A DNA stretch of 63,829 nucleotides, filler included, from Octopus bimaculoides (taxonomy: Eukaryota), in assembly GCF_001194135.2 (NCBI RefSeq). It is 5 parts of 4 records of this genome, joined end to end, with 100 filler letters (N's around TTAATTAATTAA, not from the genome) between each part and the next. Parts side by side here need not be neighbours in the genome. Positions count along the whole stretch, not along the records: positions 44,466 to 54,414 come from NC_068993.1; positions 54,515 to 63,829 come from NC_068990.1; 3 more parts are not named here. One strand, written 5' to 3'. Of the stretch, positions 50,334 through 63,377 are shown one piece after another; positions within the stretch are counted from its first letter, which is position 1; each line of letters opens with the position of its first letter. A model generated the notes under the pieces. The model did not search any database. It saw only the letters and a program-made list of their open reading frames with translations, and was not told the origin of the DNA. Both the position numbers and the translations under genes were made by a program.

Positions 50334-51828
50334 CTGTAAATGAAAAATATATAAATAAAAAGGTTACATATGCTATTCAGATGCAAACTTATTCAACGAT
50401 AAGCGTTTCTTAGTCTAGAAAATCTGAAAGTGATTTTCAACACCAAGGATAGCTAGAATTACGCATAGTTAGAAACAGCAAGAGTCCTAGATTATTTGAA
50501 AATATGATTCAAAGACATTGAATAATTTATCCACACAGTCATTGCATCATCTCCTTATTTCTCTGTATCTTAATGTCATACGCAACTATTTCCACATAAA
50601 TATTTGAAAATCTGCCTGCAAATCAACAAATCATTGGTCAGAATATAGAGTATTGCCATCATTTGCTGTTGGCATTAAAGATTAAAACAATTCTACTGCA
50701 GTAATTATTTGCAACTAAGTTGAATGGAGCTTTGATAACTCGAGACGTCTTGGCAAAATATACATCAAAGCATCGGTGATTACTGAACGAGAATCACTGC
50801 AGACTAACCTTACTTTTGAACTAGATTGGGATTATAACCTCTTGCCAGAATATAAGTGCCTTATAACCTAAGAAATGCGATTCCGACAATGCCCAGAACA
50901 CATTAATTTTGGTGTCTTTAGAACTATAATTGCTCTCTTAGTTATATTTATATATTTCATGCCAATGAAAATATTCTGCCTTTCAAAATATACAATATTT
51001 GCACACTCACGTACACGCACACAAATACACACAAGCAGATATACATGGGCATAATTTGGCACTCTGCGTTCTGAGACCTCTGTCAAGGTCTACTTTACAA
51101 CTTTACTTTTCATTATTCCGGGACCGATAAATAAAATAACAATCAAATTGGAGGTTGATTCTTATCTCTCTCTTACTCTCAGAATTAACTATGTTGGGCC
51201 GTGTAGTACACTCTCAACACCCTTCCTCTAGAAAGCTGAAACATATATTAGAAACTTCATAGATAAACTGAAACTGATATGCTAACAAAACAGTCCAATG
51301 ACGTCGGACCTTTTTGTTGTTCATCGCATTTAATGGGGACCAACGTTTCCATTTTGAGATATTTCGAATACTGTACATTCGAAATTCTTTTACAGATTTA
51401 AAGAGTAAACAAAGATTAAGTTGAAGTTTCCAAGTGTAACCCAACGGCTATGTCTCTTTTTCTCGCTTCTAGCTTGGCTGACTGTTGCTTTCTCACTTCA
51501 CAAATTACCTTTCAGCAGAAATAATGATGTTTTTTGATGCTGCTTGATCGGGCTACATTTATTGAGGATGACTTTGGCTACGACCTTTCCGGCATCAGGA
51601 ATGTTTTTATTGCAGCAAACAAATTTTTCTGCGTTATTTTAATACTTTATATGGAGACCATGTTAAAGTAAATAGTCTTAGTTCCACGCCTCCATTGTGT
51701 AGCAACGGTTTGCTCTTGTACAGAAGTACATACTCTTGGTTCCACATTTCGCAGACGTGACGTGGAAGAGTACTCGCGCTGAGGTTGCCAACGTCCATTA
51801 AAATATTTACTGGAATATTTTCTGGTCT

Positions 51829-51912
<84 letters not shown>

Positions 51913-52429
51913 TCATATAAATATATATACGTAAGTGTATTTGTATATGTTTGCATAAGTATACATATGTATGTATATGTATGTACATATATAGATAAAT
52001 ATAGATATAAATATATATTTACACATACAGATGCACACACACACATGATTGAAGGCACAAGGCCTAGTGGTCTACGGGTTTGAGTGTTGGACGCAAGGTC
52101 GAAGTTTAGATTTGCAAATCGGTTGGCACAAAGTGCTTCAAGTGTTTGGATTTGTGTGTCCCTGTGTTTAATTTAATTCTCTGACAGAAGATCGTGTTTT
52201 AATGACTGAAAAAAAGTGATAAAGAAAAAACAAAATCAAAACGTATAGTATCGTTGCTGTTAATTTTCCCAAAATCACGGTCTCCCCTCTCTCCTTCTTA
52301 GTAAATTATATTCCTTCCTAGCCTTGCATTAAAACCACTCATTGTTCAGTTGTATCACTGCTTTCAGTACCTTGCCTAATGTTTGTCAGAAGAGGCCTTT
52401 GTTCTTGTCATTAGATGGCTTCGTTAGTG

Positions 52430-52765
52430 CATATGCACTCAGCTGGTGCAGAGGCACTCAGTAATGGGAAACACCAGCTCTCAGCATGGCATTTGTCAAT
52501 CACTGATGTCAACGGTTGTGTCAGTTATTTTAGGCAGTAGATTGCACCTCGCAGAAAACCGATGCTGTGTTACTGATGTTACCCAAGTTATTGGCACTCC
52601 AGAAGTAATTATGGTCCTCACCAAGCTTGTTAACATCCTGGTATCATAGTTTCAGTTTACTGCCAATGTGTAATGTTCAACATCGGGGTCGATTTATCGA
52701 ATTGCTGGTATCAAGAAGAAATAGTATGTTGCAAGTGATAAAGGTTGTCTGGGCATTGTTTCATT
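52430..52765 (-). mobile_element. Possible Tc1-like transposase N-terminal remnant
   Basis: MPRQP... and TSGVP...VTSVTQHRF weakly resemble Tc1 RSGRPRVT..QDR; several stops. Confidence 0.3.
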
Positions 52766-53381
52766 CTTATATATATATATATATATATATNNNNNNNNNN
52801 NNNNNNNNNNNNNNNNNNNNNNNNNNNNNNNNNNNNNNNNNNNNNNNNNNNNNNNNNNNNNNNNNNNNNNNNNNNNNNNNNNNNNNNNNNNNNNNNNNNN
52901 NNNNNNNNNNNNNNNNNNNNNNNNNNNNNNNNNNNNNNNNNNNNNNNNNNNNNNNNNNNNNNNNNNNNNNNNNNNNNNNNNNNNNNNNNNNNNNNNNNNN
53001 NNNNNNNNNNNNNNNNNNNNNNNNNNNNNNNNNNNNNNNNNNNNNNNNNNNNNNNNNNNNNNNNNNNNNNNNNNNNNNNNNNNNNNNNNNNNNNNNNNNN
53101 NNNNNNNNNNNNNNNNNNNNNNNNNNNNNNNNNNNNNNNNNNNNNNNNNNNNNNNNNNNNNNNNNNNNNNNNNNNNNNNNNNNNNNNNNNNNNNNNNNNN
53201 NNNNNNNNNNNNNNNNNNNNNNNNNNNNNNNNNNNNNNNNNNNNNNNNNNNNNNNNNNNNNNNNNNNNNNNNNNNNNNNNNNNNNNNNNNNNNNNNNNNN
53301 NNNNNNNNNNNNNNNNNNNNNNNNNNNNNNNNNNNNNNNNNNNNNNNNNNNNNNNNTATACATACACACATATATATATAT

Positions 53382-53429
<48 letters not shown>

Positions 53430-54414
53430 ATACTCACATACAAACCCTGATTTCAATTGAGCCCATATGGTATAATAAATATAGTGAATGAAGGAGGATA
53501 GGTGCCAACATTTTGACGTGCCGTAGGTTTGCCATTTGGTTGGAATTTCTTTGTGTGTATGTATGTGGTACACCCCCCCCCCACATATATATATACACAC
53601 GCATACACATGAATATATATATATATCTGTGTGCGTGCTTAGAGTGCATTCATATAGTTGTTATGAATTAGTTAATAAATTACGGGCAATATTCCAAGGC
53701 GTGTGTGTGTGTATGTTTGTGTATGAGTGAGTGTGTGGAGTGTGGAGTGTGGAAGTAAGTTATTTGCTGGCGTCCTCATTCTTTTCCTTAATATTCAAAG
53801 TTCATAATGTCACAAATGGCATAAGATCTTAGTAAATTTACATTTATATAGATGGAACTGTCAGAAATGTGTAATGTATTATTTATCTTAGTCAGTCTTT
53901 TTGCAGAAACGTTAGAGCGTCGGGTAAATTCCCTGAGGTAACTGTTGAGATACATTACGTTCTGCGTTCAAATCACACCAACGTTTAAATTGCTTCATGC
54001 CTTAAAAGAATATAAAGGATTGGGGAAAAACGAGACGGTGGTAGTAATATCTCGTCTGCCATGCTACAAGTACTATCTGAACAAATCGAAGAACTAAAAC
54101 TACTAAAATGGAACAGCCTGCTCATGAAATTAACTTGCAAGTGGCTCAGCACTCCACAGACTTGTGTATCCTTAATGAGGTTCCCACGGACATTCAGCGT
54201 GACACAGAATGTGATAAGGCCGGTCCTTTGAATTACAAGTACTACTCATTTTGGCCAGTTGAGCGGACTGGAACAACGTGAAATAAAGTGTCTTGCTCAA
54301 GGGCACAACGCTCGTGAGCCGAATACCTCTAACCACTAAGTCACTCGCCTTCACAAGCGAAGAACATAGTAGGCGTAATCAATGAGACATACTGCAAGGC
54401 TCTTTTGTGCTTAA

Positions 54415-54514
54415 NNNNNNNNNNNNNNNNNNNNNNNNNNNNNNNNNNNNNNNNNNNNTTAATTAATTAANNNNNNNNNNNNNNNNNNNNNNNNNNNNNN
54501 NNNNNNNNNNNNNN
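54415..54514. other. Artificial scaffold-joining spacer
   Basis: 44 N, TTAATTAATTAA at 54459-54470, 44 N. Confidence 0.95.
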
Positions 54515-54939
54515 ATATATATATATATATATATATGAATGTGTTTTTTTTGCAAATGGACTCTTCCTGATTGAACTATCTTTGAAAAACTATTTCTCCA
54601 AAAAGGGAATATTTATTAAGATTTAACTCTACAACAAATCTTTAAAATTGTGATCTTTGCTTTATATTATGAAGATAATATTTATATTCATTCTTTGCTC
54701 CTTCTGTCAGTGGTTGCAGTTCCACCAGGCTTAGAAGCTAAGCTGCCATACAATATATATATATACAATTTAAGAACACAATATACAATATGTACACTCA
54801 CATGCTGAAATACAATATATACAATACGCACACACACAGAGTTTAAAATGCAATATATTCAATAAACACACACACACACACACAAACACTCCACAAACAC
54901 GCATAGTTGAATGGCTGTTGAATGGTAGTTCCTCTGCCC

Positions 54940-57900
54940 TTTGATGGGTCTTAATTTTTGTCCCGCAGGGTATTCAACAAGTTCCCGCCTCATCAAGCAG
55001 GCCTGGTGGCGTTGCCAGTTTAGTCACCGACAACCCGACAACGGAATAGGTTGTCCTGGACTACATGGTACCAGTAGCACTCAAGAGCGACCTGACAATG
55101 ATTTCAAACTTCTGCCGTCTTGCAGGATACCTGATCATAGGGAAGGCTTCAGGAGTAAACCTCGAGGAAAAATCAGGAGTCGGAGCCCCTAAGGCAGCTC
55201 GATGTTGACTTCAACTTCATCCTGACAGCTCCTGCGACTGCGTTGGCACCAAATTGTAGCAGCCTGCTGTTCCTTTGGATTTATCAGTGAGGTGGAGAGG
55301 GGGAACAAGTTGCATGGACAACAACCTGTTCTCCATACTACGAGTACATGCCCGGGCTCACATCCGTCCACACCATCATTAAACATGCACACCTGCACCT
55401 GGAGAAAACACTCCAGCTTCGCCATTTATTTGGTGTCGACACAACACAGGAAGCAGCAGATACCGGTTATAAGCCTATACTCAACTGGCGTAGAGTGCGG
55501 CGCCAGGGTTGCTTCCAACAGTGGGAGAGATCTTCAAGTCTCATTGGACAGCTACCGCCCGCCTTAAGTTAGGCAAACCCCAGCTAATAAGGTGTTGTCC
55601 CGCCATGATTTGCTTTCCTTATTGGGTGCATGAGGATTAGGAGATCATCTGACAAGCTTATCGTCAACTACCACACCAGGCAAAAACAGAAAAGCTATCA
55701 AAAAGAGACCAGCTCTAAAACTAGGATGTTGGAATGTTCGGACAATGATGGCCTCTCCCAGGACCTTCAGGACATCAGTGACACCAGGAAAACTGCAGTC
55801 ATCAAAGAGGAGCTCAAGAGACTGAACGTCGATATTGCTGCTCTGCAAGAAACGTTAGCTGATGCAGGCACACTGAGGGAGAGGAACTACACATTCTTCT
55901 GATGAGCCCAGAGAACATGGAGTAGGCTTTGCAATAAAGAACAGCTTGCTGAGGATGGTAGAACCAAGCATTGGCGGCTCCTAACTCTCCGCCTCAACAC
56001 TACCAAAGGCCCTGTCATCCTCGTCAGTGTGTATGCCCCGACTATGTCCGCCACCCTGGATGCCAAGGATGAATTCTACGAGAACATTGCATCCACTATC
56101 AAGGGCATCCCCATTAGCGAACAACTTGTTCTCCTGGGCGACCTCAATGCTAGAGTGGGTGATGACAACGACTCATGGCCCTCTTGCTTCGGTCCATTCG
56201 GGGTAGGGAAAATGAATGAGAACGGACAGGGACTGCTCGAGCTCTGGACCTTTCACGGCCTGTGCATCACCAATTCTTTCTTCAAGACCAAGCCTCAAAA
56301 CAAAGTGTCTTGGAGACATCCACACTCAAAGCATTGGCACCAACTGGACCTGATCCTGGTCAGGCATGCTGCCATCAAGTGTGTTCTTCACATGCGGTCT
56401 TACCACAGCGCAGACTGTGACACAGACCACTCCTTGGTGTGCTGCAAGATCAGGCTTCAACTCAAAAAGTTCCACTGCACAAAGAAACCAGGGACCCCAC
56501 ACATCAATGTCAACAAGATGTCTCAGCCCGACCTTGTAGAACAGTTTGCAGAGGCTTTTGAGGAGAAGTATGATGCAACACAGTCCAGAGATACTGCCAC
56601 AGAGAGATGAGAAACTCTGCAAAACACAATCCATCGCACAGCCTTGTCTATCTTCCGAAAGAAGACCTCAAAGTTACATAACTGGTTCGAGGCCAAGTCG
56701 CTTGAGATGACCCCTGTAATTGAGGCCAAACAAGGCACACTGGTGGAATATAAGCAGTCACCCACTGAGAGGAACCTGCAGACACTAAGGGCTGCCAGGA
56801 GCAAGGTCCAGCACACTGCCAGGCGCTGTGCCATTGAGTACTGGTCAGAGCTTAGCGAGTCAATCCATATACTGCCGCAACTGGCAACATCAGAGGGATG
56901 TACAAGAACATCAAGAGGGTACTGAGACCAACACAGAGCAAGACAGCCACACTCATATCCCTCACTGGGGAAGTCATCACTTACCAAGGCCGACAAATGG
57001 ACAGATGGGTGGAGCACTATTCTGAGTTCTATTCCAGAGAGAACACAGTGACCTCTTCAGCTCTTGACACCATCGAGTGCATGCTTGTCATGGAAGAGCT
57101 CGATGCAGAATCAACCATGTATGAGCTCAGCAAAGCCATCGAAAGCCTAGCAGTGACAGCGTCCCACGAAATCTCATCAAGAGCTGCAAGATTACCTTAC
57201 TGCACCCTTTGCACGAAGTCCTCTGCCGATGCTGGAGAGAGGGAGCTGTACTGCAAGACACGAGAGATGCAAAGATTGTTACAAGGGCAAAAGAAGCAAC
57301 TGTAACAACTATAGAGGCATCTCCCTCCTCAACATCGTTGGTAAAGTCTACGCCCAGGTCCTTCTGACCCGTCTGCAAAAGTTAGCTGAGTATGTCTACC
57401 CAGAATCACAGTGTGGCTTCTGAGCTGAAAGGTCCATTGTGGACATGATCTTCTCCCTTCGTCAACTCCAGGAGAAGTGCAGAGAGCAGCAGATGCCCCT
57501 ATATATTGCATTCATCAACCTCACCAAGACCTCTGACCTCGTCAGCAGAGACGGCCTTTTCAAGGCTCTCTATAAGACTGGCTGCCCTCCAAAACTGCAC
57601 AGCTTAATTGAGTACTTCCACTCAAACATGAAGGGGACTGTGCAGTTCAACAGCAACCTCTCTGAGCCCTTCGATATATGCAGCTGAGCCAAGCAAGGTT
57701 GTGTGCTCGCTCCAACGCTCTTTGGGATCTTCTCTCTCCTTCTGAGACATGCTTTCGGCACATCACAAGAAGGAATCTATATGCAGACCAGATCAGATGG
57801 CAGGCTCTTCACTCTTGCCTGCCTAAAAGCAAGGACAAAGGTCTGTGAAGTTGTCATCAGAGACATTCTATTTTCTGATGATGCTGCAGTTATGACCCAC

Positions 57901-58483
57901 TCCCAACAAGAGCTGCAGCTGCTCATGGACTGCTTCTCTCAGGCCTGCAAGGACTTTGGGTTGACCATCAGCCTGAAGAAGACAAACGTCCTGATGCAAG
58001 GCACACCAGCAAAACCAGCTGTCACCATTGATGACTACGAACTTGAAGTTGTTCATCAATTCACCTAACTTATTTCCACCATCACTGACAACCTCTCTCT
58101 CTCGATGCCAAGATTGACAAAAGAATTGGGAAGGCAGCTACTACGCTCGCACACCTCACATCAAGAGTGTGGACAAACCCAAAGTTGACAGTGAAAACAA
58201 AGATGGCTGTGTACAATGCCTGTGTCCTCAGCACCCTGTTGTATGACAGCGAGACACGGACCACATATGCCCATCAGAAAAAAAAAGCTGAATAGCTTCC
58301 ATCTTAGAAGCCTACGTCACATACTTGGATCTCCTGGCACAACAAGGTGACCAACACCGATGTCCTGACTCATGCTGGCCTCCCTTCCATGTACACCTTG
58401 CTGAGACAACGTTGACTACGCTGGCTAGGCCACGTACACCGTATGGAGGACGGCTGAATCCCAAACGACATTCTCTGTAGAGA
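54940..58483 (+). mobile_element. Near-full-length but inactivated RTE (BovB-like) LINE: 5' leader, APE endonuclease and RT; 3' end lost in N gap
   Basis: LKLGCWNVRTM...DIAALQET...HGVGFAI...VYAPT...LGDLNARVG...ITNSFF...HQLDLIL (APE). NYRGISLLNIVGK...ESQCGF...DMIFSLRQLQEKCREQ...KQGCVLAPTLF...LFSDD...FGLTISLKKT (RT). Stops and frameshifts are scattered throughout; it is visibly more GC-rich than its flanks. Confidence 0.95.
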
Positions 58484-59457
58484 NNNNNNNNNNNNNNNNN
58501 NNNNNNNNNNNNNNNNNNNNNNNNNNNNNNNNNNNNNNNNNNNNNNNNNNNNNNNNNNNNNNNNNNNNNNNNNNNNNNNNNNNNNNNNNNNNNNNNNNNN
58601 NNNNNNNNNNNNNNNNNNNNNNNNNNNNNNNNNNNNNNNNNNNNNNNNNNNNNNNNNNNNNNNNNNNNNNNNNNNNNNNNNNNNNNNNNNNNNNNNNNNN
58701 NNNNNNNNNNNNNNNNNNNNNNNNNNNNNNNNNNNNNNNNNNNNNNNNNNNNNNNNNNNNNNNNNNNNNNNNNNNNNNNNNNNNNNNNNNNNNNNNNNNN
58801 NNNNNNNNNNNNNNNNNNNNNNNNNNNNNNNNNNNNNNNNNNNNNNNNNNNNNNNNNNNNNNNNNNNNNNNNNNNNNNNNNNNNNNNNNNNNNNNNNNNN
58901 NNNNNNNNNNNNNNNNNNNNNNNNNNNNNNNNNNNNNNNNNNNNNNNNNNNNNNNNNNNNNNNNNNNNNNNNNNNNNNNNNNNNNNNNNNNNNNNNNNNN
59001 NNNNNNNNNNNNNNNNNNNNNNNNNNNNNNNNNNNNNNNNNNNNNNNNNNNNNNNNNNNNNNNNNNNNNNNNNNNNNNNNNNNNNNNNNNNNNNNNNNNN
59101 NNNNNNNNNNNNNNNNNNNNNNNNNNNNNNNNNNNNNNNNNNNNNNNNNNNNNNNNNNNNNNNNNNNNNNNNNNNNNNNNNNNNNNNNNNNNNNNNNNNN
59201 NNNNNNNNNNNNNNNNNNNNNNNNNNNNNNNNNNNNNNNNNNNNNNNNNNNNNNNNNNNNNNNNNNNNNNNNNNNNNNNNNNNNNNNNNNNNNNNNNNNN
59301 NNNNNNNNNNNNNNNNNNNNNNNNNNNNNNNNNNNNNNNNNNNNNNNNNNNNNNNNNNNNNNNNNNNNNNNNNNNNNNNNNNNNNNNNNNNNNNNNNNNN
59401 NNNNNNNNNNNNNNNNNNNNNNNNNNNNNNNNNNNNNNNNNNNNNNNNNNNNNNNNN

Positions 59458-59828
59458 ATGTTCAGCTTTTCTCTTAAGACACATACACTCTGACGGGTAT
59501 TCACATTGACATTACACATCCAACGGAGCATACTGGCTTCATTCCTTGTGAGCTTACGCATGTCCTCAGCAGTTACAGCCCATGTTTCACTGCCATGTAG
59601 CATGGCTGTTCGTACGCATGCATCATACAGTCTGCCTTTTACTCTGAGTGAGAGTCCCTTTGTCGCCAGCAGGGGTAAGAGCTCTCTAAACTTTGCCCAG
59701 GCTATTCTTATTCTAGCAACTACACTTTCAGCGCACCCACCCCCACTACTAACTTGGTCGCCCAGATAGCGGAAGCTATCGACTACCTCTAGTTTTTCAC
59801 CCTGGAATGAGATAGAAGTTACAATTCT
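59458..59828 (-). mobile_element. Well-preserved RTE LINE fragment (RT C-terminal region), abundant host family
   Basis: LEVVDSFRYLGDQVSSGGGCAESVVARIRIAWAKFRELLPLL...LYDACVRTAMLHGSETWAVT...LRWMC, uninterrupted. Confidence 0.9.
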
Positions 59829-60379
59829 CATTCAAATTATTGGTAAGTTGATCTTTAATTTTTAGCAAATGGATGTATATATCAAACAAACAAAATTCAA
59901 TACCAATTGAAAACTTAGGGTCTATATATATTCATATAAATATATGCACATAAATAAACATGTAAAAATATATATTGTACATATGTATGAAATATTAGTG
60001 GGATTTTCTTTGTTTTTTAATTGGGAAAAAGTAGGAGGGACAAAAGATGGTTTGTCCCCCATTCCTGGAAAAGTGGTGGGAGACTTTTCCCCTTGTACCC
60101 CCCTGAAAGAAGGCCCTTGCATGTGCTCCATTATGTTAATTCTGTTCTGGTGAATAATGGTTGGAAAATAATGACACGTTTTCATGAAAATTGCTCACCC
60201 CTCTGCTCATAGATGATTTGTTAGACTTATATATAGACAAAAAGTAGGCTCCAGTGTACATTCAGATTAGTTGTTTACTCTTTTACTTGTTTCAGTCATT
60301 TGACTGCAGCCATGTTGGAGCACTGTCTTAATACTGAGTATGCAATGTGATTGGATCTTTGATTCATATCCCACACAGT

Positions 60380-60990
60380 ACTTGACCAAACTCACATGGT
60401 AGGTAAGACAACCAATCATTACAGATTAATGTGCTGAGCCTATAAGAGGTTAATCGACTTTGATATGTTGTAATAGAAATTGGTCTTGCTACACTTCCAT
60501 CTTTAGTGATCATACTGCCCAGGTATTTGAACAAATTAATGATCTTCAGAGTTTGGCCCTCCAGCCAGACATTGATGCTGTACCTCACCAATGATCATTA
60601 TTTTCATATTTTGATCTGCTAGTCATGTCTTGCATTCCTAAAGATATAGCGCTGAAGTGACCCAGATCATCCATGAAGTCAAGGTCTATGAATCTTCCTA
60701 GTCCTCTTTTGATGTTATATACTGGATCCCTTAAGGAGTTCCTTGCAATGAAATCCACTACCAGCAGCAACAAAATAAGGAACAGTATATATTCTGGTGA
60801 TGACATTGAACTTTTCCGTGTTCCTATTTTTGGTTCTCTGAACACAGCAGCACATCCTCTTGTAAAGTGATTGCATGATGTTTATAGATGTAACACTCTT
60901 TACAAAGCCAAACTGCTTGATTCCAATCTCAGGTGCTATTCTGCTTCTTGCCTGACAAAGTAAAATTCTCAAGATGATCTGTATACAGAA
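60380..60990 (-). mobile_element. Degenerate RTE-type LINE RT fragments
   Basis: IDLDFMDDL and FKYLGSMITKDG. Segment 60899-60981 is a near-identical copy of 62601-62683. Confidence 0.65.
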
Positions 60991-61009
60991 GTGCCTGTCA
61001 CTGAAAGGA

Positions 61010-62200
61010 GATAGTACCTGTTGAAGAGGGAGACCCAGGAAGACATGGGATGAAGTGGTGAGGACTGACCTCAGGATGTTAGGGCTCATGGAGGAAATAA
61101 CAATGGACTGAGATGTCTGGTGATATGAGGTGCTAGAGAAGACCTGCCTGCATCCTGTGTCCTACCCACATGTAACAATAAAGTTTTCACACACCATACT
61201 CTAACAAACCAAACTACATCTCTTCTTCCACACTATAATTATCGTCCACTCCCCATCCCTGCCATCAATGCCCTGTTCACTGTATCGCTGCTTTCCCCCA
61301 CACCTTTATACCCAGGTTCTCACCAGTCTTTGCAATTCCTATTCCCTATTGGTGCCTTCTTAACAGTATGTGACCATGTATATTATGACCTCTGAACTTT
61401 GAAGGCATGCCTTGGCAATTGCCACCATTTACCTCTCTCTTCCTTACACTATCATTTCATCTATGCTCTGATTCTTGTTACTTATGAGTATACCCTGGCA
61501 CTTCACCACCATCTCTCTCCTGCTCTCTTTTGCACTTTTGTTGTTTCTCCCTCTCTCTTACTTCCCCTTGCTCTTCCCACTGGCTGAATAGCCATATATC
61601 CCCTCTACAACAGTACACCTGTTTCTGCCCTTATTCTTGATCACTCTCTCTCTCTCCTTCTCTGGCTAGGTAACCAAGTATCTCCTTTACATCAGCACAC
61701 CTGTTTGTCCTCTTTCTTGTACCTCCCTCTCTCTCTTTCACTGGATAACCATGTACCTCTTCTATAGCAAGACACCTGTTTCTGCTTCTGTGTCACACTC
61801 TAACCTTTCATCATTTGACACAAGATCCCCTCCTCCAATTATCCCACCCCTCTCAAAATTCCTTGTCTTGCAAATTACTTGGCGACCTTGCCGGTGTTGG
61901 TGCCGTATAAAAAGCATCCAGTCCACACTGTAAAGTGAGTGGCATTTGAAAAGCATCCAGCTGTAAAGTTCATACCAAAACTGACCTCGCCTGTGCTAGT
62001 GTCATGTAAAAAGTACTAAGTCCATTCTGGGAGTGGTTGGTGTTAGGAAGGGCATCCAGCCATATAAGCCTTGCCAAAACAAACACAGAAGCCTGGAGTA
62101 GTCTTCTACCTGGCCGGCTCCTGTCGACCATCCTATACATGCATGCATGGAAGACAGACATTAAACGATGACGAAGACAATGACGGTGATGATGACATAT
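61010..62200 (+). mobile_element. RTE LINE 3' end: ORF end, long pyrimidine-rich UTR, conserved terminal module and (GAT)n tail
   Basis: RGRPRKTWDEVVRTDL at about 61025-61075, a C/T-rich tract at 61150-61870, then gttaggaagggcatccagc...gacattaaacgatgacga. Confidence 0.75.
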
Positions 62201-62309
62201 ATGTTTACAACTGATCTTCATATACCTAGTTTATCTTTCAACTTACTTGTACCACTTTATTCATGCATACTAAGATTACACATCCAGAAGATGTTCTCTT
62301 TTGATCAAT

Positions 62310-63170
62310 TCACTATAGTAATTGAAGAGATCTGGTGACATAACACATCCTTGTCTGACCCTTTTCCTGATGCTAGTGTATTCTCCATCCACTTTTATGC
62401 AGACTGATTGGTTTCAATACAGATTCTGCAAGATTCAGAGGTCTTTCCCATGCGGATCAAAGTTAGTGAGTTCTTCAAATAAAATGTCATGTCTTGCTCT
62501 GTCAAAGGCCTATGAAACACATGAAGATGCCTTTTGCATCTCCATCACCTGCTCCATTATCATTCTTAATACAAAAATAGTATTCCTAGTACTTGGCAGC
62601 TTTTACAAAGTCAAACTGTTTGATTCCAATCTCAGGTGTTATTCTGCTTCTTGCCTGACAAAGTAAAATTCTCAAGATGATCTTTGTAACGTGGCTCATG
62701 AGACTAATCGTGTGATGTTGTTCACAGTCCACTGCTCCTGATTTCTTCGGGAGTGTAATAAAGATGGATTTACTCTGATCTTCTGGAAATTTCCATCATC
62801 ATATATCCCATTTATTAAATCTATCAGTTTTCTAATTCCATATTCCTCTAATGCGTTTGCCATTTCAATGATAATTCCATCTGGCCCAGCAGCTTTGTTT
62901 TCCCTCATCATTTTAATGGCTGCCTGTACTTCAGATGGCAGGATCTTTGGATCCTCATTAAAGTCAAGAAAATTAGGCAAGGTTGCTCCCTCAACCAGTA
63001 CGGTACCATCCTTTGCTTTGATACACCTGGAGTTTGAGCATCCTGAATTTCTGCTAGAAATCTCATTTATATTCTGTTGTACTTTGTATCCTACTGGAAA
63101 TTGCCTTTCAATTTCTTTACAATGTCCATTCAGCCAGGTCTCTTTAGCCTCCTTACACTTCTGCTTAACG
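62310..63170 (-). mobile_element. Degenerate RTE LINE fragment of a second family (N-terminal RT region)
   Basis: KCKEAKETWL...ILPSEVQAAIKMMRENKAAGPDGIIIEM..., with ISLMSH and GVRQGCV-like remnants. Confidence 0.8.
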
Positions 63171-63377
63171 AGTCTATCCAGTTCCCTATTGTTATATGGA
63201 CTGTTGGATTTGTTTGTAGTTCGTCTGAGGTCCCTGTTCTCGTTGTTGTTTCGAATGACTGTGGAAGTCGAATGTTATTGATATATATGGCGAGGACATG
63301 ATTCTTGTTTATTAATAACGAACATTCGGTGAGTGCGTTCTTTGTTTGTAATTAAATAATAAATGTAATAACTAAAT

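Noticed and set aside
51509-51800. Possible upstream exon or promoter of the C2-DSL gene (donor GAAAG|gtaatt; CCACGTCA motif)
   Set aside because: The phase-0 frame needed to join the 50333 exon contains a stop, there is no C2-like or signal-peptide sequence, and a single short motif is not evidence. The upstream exons are probably off-scaffold.
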